In this document: positions 1 to 10,896 of the stretch, piece after piece
Layout of the letters: the number at the start of each line of letters is the position of its first letter
Numbering within the stretch: the first letter of the stretch is position 1
Origin: a virus
Taxonomy: Duplodnaviria > Heunggongvirae > Uroviricota > Caudoviricetes
Strand: one strand, 5' to 3'
Virus record (IMG/VR): IMGVR_UViG_2547132255_000004
Length of the DNA: 44,605 bases
Notes under the pieces: model-generated
Seen by the model: only the letters and a program-made list of their open reading frames with translations
What the model was told of the DNA's origin: nothing
Databases searched by the model: none
Program-made: the position numbers and the translations under genes

Positions 1-1143
1 CTATGCTGTTTTGATATCTACGATAATCCAGTCTTTACCACGATCATCATTGTATCGGTCGGTCATTTTTCTGGATTTATGGCCTAACAACTTTTGCGTA
101 TCCAGACCCTGTTCCCGATATAACCGTTCTGACAGAGATCGCTGCTCATGAAATGTGGGCGCAGTTCCTTGCTCCCATTTTATGCCACATTTTTCCCTAG
201 CCTTTTTAAAAGCCGTTGTCAGAGTATTCGCAGAAACCTGGTCTCCTCTGTTTGCTTGAGAGGTTGTGTGACGGTAATGGACCAGATATTTACTAACAAC
301 AGCATCCCTGCACTGAGATATAACTTCACGAAGGGTAATATTCAGAGCATCGCATTTCAGGTTAAGCGGAATAGCAAGTTTTGAACCGGTTTTTTCCTGA
401 GTAATGTGCAACATGTCGTCCCAGATATCAGAGAATTTCAAATTGCAGATATCGCCTAAACGTTGTCCAGTGACAAGAGCAAGTAGCATCCCGCATTTTA
501 AATAGGGCTGCCGTCTGCTTACGCTGTCAAATATTGCCTGCCATTCGGGCAGTGATAATCTTTGGCGGTTTACTCGATTTCGCGGTTGTTTTGTTGCCTG
601 CGCTGGGTTAAATCCTGGCGGAACATGTCCTGCGTGTTGTGCTTCTTTGAAGACGTCGATTAACACCATTCTCACGACTTGCGCCATCCTGTTATGACCT
701 TCAGCCTTTACAGCATCAATTATTTCGGCAATATCAAGTGCGGTAATATCCTTGAGGTGTTGCATTCCACAATGCTCACGGAAAAGACGAATGGGTTTGC
801 CTTTTTGCCGATAGGAGTTGGGTCTTAGTTCATTATGTTGCAGCCTGTCCTCCTGGATAGAAATATATTTATCAAGCCATTCTGTCACCGTAATGTCTGA
901 GCGCCTGCCTTTCATTCTTTCCAGACGCTCATTGACGCTTAATATTTGTCGGGTACGTTGTTCAGCAATAATGGTATTTGCTTCAGTAGCAACTTGTTTT
1001 GCTTCATTCTCATCAGTTCCTAAGCTATGAAAACGACCGGATAGTGGATGTTTGTATTGCCAATATACCTTTCCGGTTCGCTTATCTAATTTGCAATATA
1101 AATTGGGTATAGAGATTTTGTGAGATCGGGGTCTAGCAGCCAT
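1..1143 (-). CDS. int: Tyrosine site-specific integrase (lambda Int-like), complete
   Basis: 380-aa ORF whose C-terminal region (...FHELRSLSERLY...LLGHKSRKMTDRYNDDRG...) resembles lambda Int from memory; overlapping excisionase-like ORF upstream on the same strand; stop codon at window bases 1-3. Confidence 0.9.
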   Translation of the reverse strand: MAARPRSHKISIPNLYCKLDKRTGKVYWQYKHPLSGRFHSLGTDENEAKQVATEANTIIAEQRTRQILSVNERLERMKGRRSDITVTEWLDKYISIQEDRLQHNELRPNSYRQKGKPIRLFREHCGMQHLKDITALDIAEIIDAVKAEGHNRMAQVVRMVLIDVFKEAQHAGHVPPGFNPAQATKQPRNRVNRQRLSLPEWQAIFDSVSRRQPYLKCGMLLALVTGQRLGDICNLKFSDIWDDMLHITQEKTGSKLAIPLNLKCDALNITLREVISQCRDAVVSKYLVHYRHTTSQANRGDQVSANTLTTAFKKAREKCGIKWEQGTAPTFHEQRSLSERLYREQGLDTQKLLGHKSRKMTDRYNDDRGKDWIIVDIKTA

Positions 1144-1369
1144 CAGCGATTATCCGTTGGAGTTTTGGGTTTGCGTTTATTGGGAGTTGCGGTTCTGCAA
1201 GCGTTCCTACAAAACGGGAATTTCGGTCAATCATCCAGTAGCGACCAACTTTTATAGCGGGTGGGGCCATCATTTTCCCTTGCGCGTATTTTTTCAGAAC
1301 TCGCTCACTTGGTGCTAAGTCCCCAAATTCTTCTTTAGCCCAGTCCTGTAAAGTGATTAGTCGAGACAT
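1133..1369 (-). CDS. xis: Excisionase (Xis-like)
   Basis: 78-aa ORF overlapping int start; N-terminus (LITLQDW...PPAIKVGRYW) resembles the lambda Xis winged-helix region; position immediately upstream of int. Confidence 0.75.
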   Translation of the reverse strand: MSRLITLQDWAKEEFGDLAPSERVLKKYAQGKMMAPPAIKVGRYWMIDRNSRFVGTLAEPQLPINANPKLQRIIADGC

Positions 1370-1508
1370 TTGTCCTCCTCTTAGCTACTGAGGGAGTTTG
1401 TGACCGATATATCTGACATGATATTAAGCTCATGGCAGGTACATCTCTTGACTGGTCATAGAGATAAATTTAATGCTGAGAAATGCAGTATTGAATTTAT
1501 CAATTTTT

Positions 1509-1748
1509 CTATTTCCTGCGTATGGCACGTAACTTCTTAATGTGTTCTGCTGTATCGATCTCTTCGGCTATCCGATCTGCATCAGCTTTATTCACAGGTT
1601 CAAAGTCATGATTAAAGCGGAACATGCTGGCGATACATGTTCTGCCTTTTTGGATGTAGTGAACTTTGTTGTGGGTAGAACGCAGGATTTTGCAGGGAGT
1701 GCCGTGGTGGTCGACGTACCAGGTGTTAGGAAAAATGATTCTGAACAT
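1509..1748 (-). CDS. Hypothetical protein (79 aa)
   Basis: ORF in the xis-exo accessory region, same orientation as the neighbouring early-left genes; no recognisable motif. Confidence 0.45.
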   Translation of the reverse strand: MFRIIFPNTWYVDHHGTPCKILRSTHNKVHYIQKGRTCIASMFRFNHDFEPVNKADADRIAEEIDTAEHIKKLRAIRRK

Positions 1749-1795
1749 TTTTACACCTCAGTTGGACGATGTTGAAATTTGCTGCTTTGAGGCCA

Positions 1796-2014
1796 TTACA
1801 ATCCCCATTGTTTGTTCTTAAGTTCGATCTCCTCCTGGCAACTTGCACAAGTCCGACAACCCTGAACGGCCAGGCGTCTTCGCTCATCTATGGGATCGCC
1901 ACACTCACAACAATGAGTGGCAGATATAGCCTGGTGGTTCAGGCGGCGCATTTTTATTGCTGTGTTGCGCTGTAATTCTTCAATTTCTGATGCTGAATCA
2001 ATGATGTCTGCCAT
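1796..2014 (-). CDS. TraR/DksA-family C4-type zinc-finger protein
   Basis: 72-aa ORF with CxxC...(17 aa)...CxxC spacing (CCECGDPIDERRRLAVQGCRTCASC) typical of TraR/DksA-like zinc fingers found in prophages. Confidence 0.7.
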   Translation of the reverse strand: MADIIDSASEIEELQRNTAIKMRRLNHQAISATHCCECGDPIDERRRLAVQGCRTCASCQEEIELKNKQWGL

Positions 2015-2112
2015 CTTCCATTAATCCCTGAATTGTTGGTTAATACGCTTGAGGGTGAATGCGAATAATAGAAAAGGAGCCTGTAGCTCCCTGATGATTT
2101 TGCTTTTCATGT

Positions 2113-2331
2113 TCACCGTTCCTTAAAAACGCCGTTTAACATGCCGATCGCTAGGCTTAAATGAGTCGGTGTGAATCCCATCAGCGTTACCGTTTCGCGG
2201 TGCTTCTTCAGTACGCTACGGCAAATGTCATCGACGTTTTTATCCGGAAACTGCTGTCTGGCTTTTTTGATTTCACAATTAGCCTGACGGGCAATGCTGC
2301 GAAGGGCGTTATTATGTTCTATTGTCATATT
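2113..2331 (-). CDS. Hypothetical protein (about 72 aa, internal ATG of a 117-aa ORF)
   Basis: ORF 2113..2466; the internal Met (MTIEHNN...) gives a gene that starts just after the stop of the upstream 250-aa gene; no recognisable motif. Confidence 0.4.
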   Translation of the reverse strand, partial: NMTIEHNNALRSIARQANCEIKKARQQFPDKNVDDICRSVLKKHRETVTLMGFTPTHLSLAIGMLNGVFKER

Positions 2332-2335
2332 GGCC

Positions 2336-3088
2336 TCACACTTCGAATGCCAACTGAGGGGTAAAGACGTCCCGTTCAGCGTTGTAATTAAGTGAACTGG
2401 CACTGTTGAATGATTCAATGCGTTCCACAAGAACTTGCGTACGGGTTTCTTTACTTGCGGGAGCATATGGCGAACCTACCCAGGATTTGTCGATGCCTAT
2501 ATTTCTTGCGACGTTCGTGCTGTCTGCAGACGAAAGCGGTACATGAGTAAAAATGTCTTTATTTAACATCCGTAACCCATGAATCTTGGTGATTGGGTAG
2601 CCGTACTGATCTACAACATGACGTATAAGATCGCGTAGTTTAGCCCGACACGCTCTCGGTCGTTTTGCATCGTATTCCCCCATCGAGCCGATGCAGACGC
2701 GGGGAAACTCATGGCACAGACGAATAAATCGCTCATCTGGTTCGTTCATGTGCCACACCGGAGCACCAATAAATTTACCGTGAGGCCATGCCGCAATCAG
2801 GGCGTCATTCTCTTCACTGGTTCCGCCGATAACATCCGGGATAACCGCGAATGAGAAACGAGGGTGATTACCCCAGCGTTCAACAAATCTGTAATATTCA
2901 TTCCAGTCTACGGCCTTGTTTTTTGTCCAGAATGTGAATGCACCATTATCAAGAGCAAATGATTGGGTGACTTCGGAAGCCAGATCAATCTGAGCTGGAT
3001 TAGCAAAACTGATGAATGCGTGTCTGCCTTTCCAGGCTTTCAACGCACAGGTATCGGGAGTTATTGGACCACCGTGAAAATGAATCAT
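2336..3088 (-). CDS. Hypothetical protein (250 aa)
   Basis: Long ORF in the operon with exo; translationally coupled to the small ORF upstream; function not recognisable by eye. Confidence 0.6.
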   Translation of the reverse strand: MIHFHGGPITPDTCALKAWKGRHAFISFANPAQIDLASEVTQSFALDNGAFTFWTKNKAVDWNEYYRFVERWGNHPRFSFAVIPDVIGGTSEENDALIAAWPHGKFIGAPVWHMNEPDERFIRLCHEFPRVCIGSMGEYDAKRPRACRAKLRDLIRHVVDQYGYPITKIHGLRMLNKDIFTHVPLSSADSTNVARNIGIDKSWVGSPYAPASKETRTQVLVERIESFNSASSLNYNAERDVFTPQLAFEV

Positions 3089-3243
3089 ACACTCTCCCGT
3101 TTATTATTTATCTCCTCAGCCAGTCGCTGGGCTTTCAGCGGATTTCGGATAACAGAAGGCCCGGGAAATACCCAGCCTCGCTTTGTAACGGAGTAGACGA
3201 AAGTGATCGCACCTACCCGGATATTATCGTGAGGATGCTTCAT
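3085..3243 (-). CDS. Small hypothetical protein (about 52 aa) immediately upstream of exo
   Basis: Manual translation ([26 protein letters not shown]...); stop overlaps the start of the 250-aa gene and start overlaps the exo stop; below the ORF-track size cutoff; coordinates approximate. Confidence 0.4.
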   Translation of the reverse strand: MKHPHDNIRVGAITFVYSVTKRGWVFPGPSVIRNPLKAQRLAEEINNKRESV

Positions 3244-3916
3244 CGCCATTGCTCCCCAAATACAAAACCAATTTCAGCCAGTGCCTCGTCCATTTTTTCG
3301 ATGAACTCCGGCACCATCTCGTCAAAACTCGCCATGTACTTTTCATCCCGCTCAACCACGACATAATGCAGTCCTTCACGCTTCATACGCGGGTCATAGT
3401 TGGCAAAGTACCAGGCATCTTTTCGCGTCACCCACATGCTGTACTGCACCTGGGCCATGTAAGCTGACTTTATGGCCTCGAAACCACCGAGCCGGAACTT
3501 CATGAAATCCCGGGAGGTAAACGGGCATTTCAGTTCAAGGCCGTTGCCGTCACTGCATAAACCATCTGGAGAGCAGGCGGTACGCATACTTTCGTCGCGA
3601 TAGATGATCGGTGATTCAGTAACATTCACGCCGGAAGTGAACTCAAACAGGGCTCTGGCGTCGTTCTCGTACTGTTTTCCCCAGGCCAGCGCTTTAGCGT
3701 TAACTTCCGGAGCCACACCGGTGCAAACCTCAGCAAGCAGGGTGTGGAAGTAGGACATTTTCATGTCAGGCCACTTTTTTCCGGAGCGGGGTTTTGCTAT
3801 TACGTTATGAACTTCTGAAGCTGTGATGACGCCGAGCCGTAATTTGTGCCACGCATCATCCCCCTGTTCGACAGCTCTCACGTCGATCCCGGTACGCTGC
3901 AGGATAATGTCCGGTG

Positions 3917-3920
<4 letters not shown>
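3240..3920 (-). CDS. exo: Lambda exonuclease (Red alpha)
   Basis: 226-aa protein recognised as near-identical to lambda Exo ([40 protein letters not shown]...GFVFGEQWR). Confidence 0.95.
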
Positions 3921-6661
<2,741 letters not shown>

Positions 6662-6666
6662 CCGTT

Positions 6667-6963
6667 TTATACCTCTGAATCAATATCAACATGGTGGTGA
6701 GCAATGGTTTCAACCATGTACCGGATGTGTTCTGCCATGCGCTCCTGAAACTCAACATCGTCATCAAACGCACGGGTAATGGCTTTTTTGCTGGCCCCGT
6801 GGCGTTGCAAATGATCGATGCATAGCGATTCAAACAGGTGCTGGGGCAGGCCTTTTTCCATGTCGTCTGCCAGTTCTGCCTCTTTCTCTTCACGGGCGAT
6901 CTGCTGGTAGTGACGCGCCCAGCTCTGAGCCTCAAGACGATCCTGAATGTAATAAGCGTTCAT
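6667..6963 (-). CDS. gam: Gam (host RecBCD inhibitor), 98-aa form
   Basis: [60 protein letters not shown]...HVDIDSEV recognised as near-identical to lambda Gam. Confidence 0.95.
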   Translation of the reverse strand: MNAYYIQDRLEAQSWARHYQQIAREEKEAELADDMEKGLPQHLFESLCIDHLQRHGASKKAITRAFDDDVEFQERMAEHIRYMVETIAHHHVDIDSEV

Positions 6964-7038
6964 GGCTGAACTCCTGAAAATGGCTGTGAAACTATTGCCC
7001 GGGAAATGCCAGGCTGATTAGGAAAACAGGAAAGGGGG

Positions 7039-7245
7039 TTAGTGATTCAGGCCGTTGCCGCGTCCGTCGAGAAAAATTTCCACGAGCAAGTCACGGGTAT
7101 AAGTGCGCTCGATGCCGCGATGAAGATAAAGCCGTCCGCGTAGATTAGCTGATGCAGTCCAGGTACCATCTTTGTGTTTGACCAGCATTCCTGGCATGAC
7201 CGCACCGCGATTAACGGTCTGCGTTCCGTAATGTTGATGAACCAT
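7039..7245 (-). CDS. Small early-left protein (68 aa) in the kil/cIII position; identity uncertain
   Basis: Internal ATG (MVHQHYGTQTVNRGAVMPGMLVKHKDGTW...) preceded by a good RBS (GGCAGGAG, 6 nt spacer) inside the 136-aa ORF 7039..7449; sits immediately downstream of the pL-side region and upstream of gam. Confidence 0.45.
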   Translation of the reverse strand: MVHQHYGTQTVNRGAVMPGMLVKHKDGTWTASANLRGRLYLHRGIERTYTRDLLVEIFLDGRGNGLNH

Positions 7246-7494
7246 AAAAACTCCTGCCCGTAAGCTGGGCTGCTGAACATATAGAGACTTCTGCGCGTAT
7301 TCAGGCGGTGGATGGCCGCCGGTTGTCATAACTAAGCCGCCTCGTTGAAGCGACTGAGGTATGAAGTGTTGAGTTGATTTCAGCTGGTCACACCGACGTT
7401 CACGCGTCCGCTTCACCCCTCGCACTCCCCGGAGCCTGCTGAAATTCAAGCTGCGGATCTAAGCGGTCATCGCAACGGTGAATCAGGTGATTGC

Positions 7495-7566
7495 CGTATC
7501 GTTGTGTTGTTGCGACATGGTGATAATAGCTATTGCTATTGATGATATCAATACTTATTGCTATTG
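7495..7566 (-). promoter_or_regulatory. Putative OL/pL-like operator-promoter region
   Basis: Repeated TTGCTATTG motifs flanking a near-palindrome ATTGATGATATCAAT; the same motif recurs in the cI-cro intergenic region; lies just downstream of the terminator that ends the cI operon, as pL does in lambda. Confidence 0.35.
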
Positions 7567-8658
7567 CTAGATGTGTTTTGATATTAAATGTTTGATAGCA
7601 AAAAGAATTAATTTTGTGACTTGCATCGCATAGCGATAACTGAAGCGGGGTTGTGGTGGTTTTTTGAACGGTGTGTGTGATGAGGGGAGGCAAAAGAAAA
7701 CCCGGCACGGTGGCCGGGTAGCATCACTATTCGATTTTTTAACCATGTAGTTACGTCGTGATGTTCCTAATCTTTCATTGTGAATCTCAGAAACGCTTAC
7801 TACGAGCGATATTCGTTCACCAACTTTATATTTACTTTGAATTTCTCCTAACATATCAATCGGATAAGAAGCCTTTATTTTTCCAAGCTCGCTTGCAATC
7901 TCCAATTTCCCGTACATGGATAAAATAGCAAGTTCGCCTGATATATGCTCATCCGGTAGCTGAATGACCTTCGTTAAAGCTAAGCGAGCATTCAGTTTTT
8001 TTATATCTTCTGAAGAAATCGACACTTGTCTGGTACCATCACTTAAAGGTCCAATCCAAGTAAGATCAAAGTTAAGACTATATTTTTCGCACTCATTTAT
8101 GATGTTTTTTAGGTTAGCTGTTGATTGCGAACCAATTTCGGCAATTTTAGCTGTGAATGTTTCTTCATCAATGGATGAGAGTAGTGCAAAAATCTCCTTA
8201 ACAGCATGACTGGATACTGTTTCGATGAGCTCGCAAGAACCAGTAGAAAAAGTAACACCTAACTTCGTCGAACCTGGACGCAAGTCTGCCAATCTCATGT
8301 CTAATGATTTTTTAACATCAATCGGCACACGACTAGAATCTTTCCCAGATCCAAATCGGTAAACTGCTTTCTGTACAAGGGATGCGAGATTACCTGAAAT
8401 TACAGATAGAATATCTAACGGAATAGACCCGAAATCGACCAAAACACCTTTTAATCTCAACTCCATGAAATCACGTAAAGGATGTTGGTTATCGATTGCA
8501 CGTTGTCTCTCTCGGAGATCGCTCAGATGGGAGTCAAGTGATCTAAATATAATGTCATCAGCAAATGATCTCCCCTTATTTTGAGCAAGCAGATCCACAT
8601 CGCGTTGAATGAACGCAATTCGCTCCTTGAGGGAGTTGAATGTTTTTTCTTCGCTCAT
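7567..8658 (-). CDS. Hypothetical 363-aa protein, second gene of the cI-downstream operon; C-terminal about 55 codons are probably read-through
   Basis: Start overlaps the stop of the upstream 157-aa gene (ATGA coupling); coiled-coil-like, charged sequence; the 3' end of the ORF runs through a terminator hairpin and the operator-like repeats with low-complexity translation. Confidence 0.6.
   Translation of the reverse strand: MSEEKTFNSLKERIAFIQRDVDLLAQNKGRSFADDIIFRSLDSHLSDLRERQRAIDNQHPLRDFMELRLKGVLVDFGSIPLDILSVISGNLASLVQKAVYRFGSGKDSSRVPIDVKKSLDMRLADLRPGSTKLGVTFSTGSCELIETVSSHAVKEIFALLSSIDEETFTAKIAEIGSQSTANLKNIINECEKYSLNFDLTWIGPLSDGTRQVSISSEDIKKLNARLALTKVIQLPDEHISGELAILSMYGKLEIASELGKIKASYPIDMLGEIQSKYKVGERISLVVSVSEIHNERLGTSRRNYMVKKSNSDATRPPCRVFFCLPSSHTPFKKPPQPRFSYRYAMQVTKLILFAIKHLISKHI
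7691..7718 (-). terminator. Rho-independent terminator (minus strand) at the end of the cI-downstream operon
   Basis: Stem CCCGGC/GCCGGG with 6-nt loop, followed on the minus strand by TTTTCTTTTG. Confidence 0.5.
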
Positions 8659-9128
8659 AACATTACCCTCACGAGGCCTTTAGGATTCTCCTTCCGATCA
8701 AAACCAAACCACCCTCTCCAGTAACTTCGCCTTTCACTATAATCGATTTCTGGATGATTTTCAGGCAGCAAAAGAACGTCAATGCTGTAGTTTTCTTTAA
8801 TAAAATCTCTATTTAACAATGAGCTAACCAATGGCATCAGCGTGTTTGGCAAAGAGTTTAGGGCCAAATAATCGACGACCACGAGTATATCTATGTCATC
8901 AGGTTCAGGTTTCTCTGTAGTGAATGAACCATCGATCCACACTTCAGAGAAACATAGACACTGCTGATTAACAAGTTTAAATTGCTCAATAAGCTGTATA
9001 AAATTACAGTATAGCATACTTCTTCTAACGGATTTTGGGAAGGTGTCGACACAAAGAGACTTGATGCCATCACTATCCATATCATGAAATCCTGCTGTAA
9101 GAAGAGGTGGGAAGCTAGGCTTTTCCAT
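8655..9128 (-). CDS. Minimal nucleotidyltransferase-like protein (157 aa), first gene after cI
   Basis: Motif WIDGSFTTEKPEPDDIDILVVVD fits the Pol-beta-superfamily signature hG[GS]-x9-13-DhDh; gene starts about 80 bp downstream of the cI stop on the same strand. Confidence 0.6.
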   Translation of the reverse strand: MEKPSFPPLLTAGFHDMDSDGIKSLCVDTFPKSVRRSMLYCNFIQLIEQFKLVNQQCLCFSEVWIDGSFTTEKPEPDDIDILVVVDYLALNSLPNTLMPLVSSLLNRDFIKENYSIDVLLLPENHPEIDYSERRSYWRGWFGFDRKENPKGLVRVML

Positions 9129-9209
9129 CCTAAGTCCTTGTTTATGCCATATAGTGTTCTATTTAATATTCTTGAAAAGAGTGTGCCTTAAAAAGCTACA
9201 GGCTAATTA

Positions 9210-9902
9210 TTAACCATGCTTCCTGTACGTCTGCGGCATGCTCCCAATAACCTTACCGAAGATGAACACCCGGTTCATCTCGTCTTTCTCGATCGGGTCC
9301 CACGGTGAGTAGCTCTTGTTATCAGAGATAACCAGTAGCTTATCCTTCATCATTTGCAGGCGCTTTACATGGGCTGTGTCGTCGTACAGAAACGCATAGA
9401 TACCATCACCGTCGAAAGATTTAACTGTGATATCAACGAACAGCAGATCACCTGGTTCGATCGTTCCTGACATGCTGTCACCACGCACGTTAATGATGCG
9501 GATATTTTCCGCCTTCCTGCCATCGAACATGTGACGAGCATCGTCAAACGAGTACTCAACCGAGCGTAGAACTTCTACAAACTCACGGTTGATTACACCC
9601 GGCCCGGCACTGACTTCTATATCAAGAACGTCAATTTTGAAGTATTTGGAATGGCTGACAGCAGGCTTCCCTGATTGTTGACCGTCATTTCTCATCGGGC
9701 CTATGCCTGATGAGAGCCATTCTGTTCGAACACCCAATGCATTAGCTATTTCAACAATTTTTGTTGAGCCGCGCGCGTTGCCGCTTGTCAGTCTCCAGAT
9801 TGTGGGTTGAGCTACGCCAGACGCCTTTGCAAGAGCGCCTTGAGACATTCCAGATTGTTCCATCGCTAGGTTTAAGCGATCAGCAAGAGTTTCTTTTTTC
9901 AT
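9210..9902 (-). CDS. cI: CI-type prophage repressor (HTH + S24 LexA-like peptidase domain)
   Basis: N-terminal HTH (MSQGALAKASGVAQPTIWRL); C-terminal autopeptidase motifs (GDSM serine, downstream VKRL lysine); divergent from the cro-like gene; start set at the internal ATG (MKKETL) because the ORF-track start at 9938 is a TTG. Confidence 0.85.
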   Translation of the reverse strand: MKKETLADRLNLAMEQSGMSQGALAKASGVAQPTIWRLTSGNARGSTKIVEIANALGVRTEWLSSGIGPMRNDGQQSGKPAVSHSKYFKIDVLDIEVSAGPGVINREFVEVLRSVEYSFDDARHMFDGRKAENIRIINVRGDSMSGTIEPGDLLFVDITVKSFDGDGIYAFLYDDTAHVKRLQMMKDKLLVISDNKSYSPWDPIEKDEMNRVFIFGKVIGSMPQTYRKHG

Positions 9903-10006
9903 AAGTTTTAATTTATACGCTTGCGTATTGATGGTCAAAACACGTTTTGCTATTGCTTGAGTTAATACGCATTGCTATTATTCATTCATTGCAATACTAA
10001 TAGGAA
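9903..10006. promoter_or_regulatory. Putative OR operator / pR-pRM region between cI and cro
   Basis: Divergent cI/cro intergenic region containing palindrome ATACGCTTGCGTAT (about 9915-9928) and TTGCTATTG-type motifs shared with the putative OL. Confidence 0.4.
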
Positions 10007-10012
10007 TTGATA

Positions 10013-10240
10013 ATGACAAATCAAACCATTCAACTCGCAATCAGTATTACAGGTAGTCAAAAACGACTGGCAGATCTCTGCGGTGTAGCCCAACCCACAG
10101 TTTGGCGTTGGCTACACGGTGGCGGAATTGATGCCCGCTATGTAATGAAAATTGTCTCAGCCACTGGTGGAAAGATTAAACCAGCAGATATTCGTCCCGA
10201 CCTCGCACCATTGTTTAACGCGAGTAATTCTGCCGCCTAA
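10013..10240 (+). CDS. cro: Cro-like HTH regulator
   Basis: Small HTH protein (LADLCGVAQPTVWRWLHGG) divergent from cI; ATG at about 10013 has RBS AGGA 7 nt upstream (the ORF track begins at a TTG at 10007). Confidence 0.7.
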   Translation: MTNQTIQLAISITGSQKRLADLCGVAQPTVWRWLHGGGIDARYVMKIVSATGGKIKPADIRPDLAPLFNASNSAA

Positions 10241-10264
10241 ACTGCGGCGTTAACTGATAAGGCA

Positions 10265-10810
10265 ATGACTATGCAACCACTTACATACCAACAGACTAGC
10301 GGATTTAGCCCGACTGCGGTGATAAATCGTTCTCAAACAAAACAGGCGCCAGGCCACGAAAAAATCCGTGATGCCGTTCGCGCCTGGTCGGCTGCAGATA
10401 ATCAGGATGTTGTTGCCGCACTCATTGTGAATGAGTATCGGGAGCAGGGCGGCGGCACCATCGATTTCCCTGATGATGTCAGCCGTGCACGCCAGAAGCT
10501 GTTCCGCTTCCTCGATAACAAATTCGATTCTGAAAAATACCGAAATAACGTGCGTGAACTGACCCCGGCAATTCTGGCGGTACTACCGCTGGAATATCGC
10601 GGCCACCTGGTTGAGCAGGATAGCTTCATGGCTCGGCTGGCTGAAATGGAAAAGGAACTCAGTGAGGCAAAACAGGCTGTCATTCTCAACGCACCACGCC
10701 ACCAGAAACTGAAGGAGATGAGTGAAGGCATTGTGTCGATGTTTCGTGTGGACCCGGATTTGGCTGGTCCACTGATGGCGATGGTCACCACCATGCTGGG
10801 GGCAATATGA
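10265..10810 (+). CDS. Hypothetical 181-aa protein in the cII position (possible CII-like regulator)
   Basis: Position immediately downstream of cro and upstream of O; no similarity to lambda CII seen by eye; family assignment not possible without a search. Confidence 0.4.
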   Translation: MTMQPLTYQQTSGFSPTAVINRSQTKQAPGHEKIRDAVRAWSAADNQDVVAALIVNEYREQGGGTIDFPDDVSRARQKLFRFLDNKFDSEKYRNNVRELTPAILAVLPLEYRGHLVEQDSFMARLAEMEKELSEAKQAVILNAPRHQKLKEMSEGIVSMFRVDPDLAGPLMAMVTTMLGAI

Positions 10811-10896
10811 CAGGTTCGGAAATGGCGAAAGCCGGTCTGCGCGAACAGAACCGACTTTCAGGTGCAAATCGTAACGCACTCATTGCGGGAGGAATT

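Noticed and set aside
7039-7449. The 136-aa ORF treated as a single gene
   Set aside because: The C-terminal 68 codons have their own strong RBS and ATG; the N-terminal half is more likely read-in or a remnant than part of one protein, so only the 68-aa gene is called.
7400-7708. 102-aa minus-strand ORF across the putative pL/OL region
   Set aside because: Overlaps operator repeats and the terminator hairpin; low-complexity translation; no start-site support.
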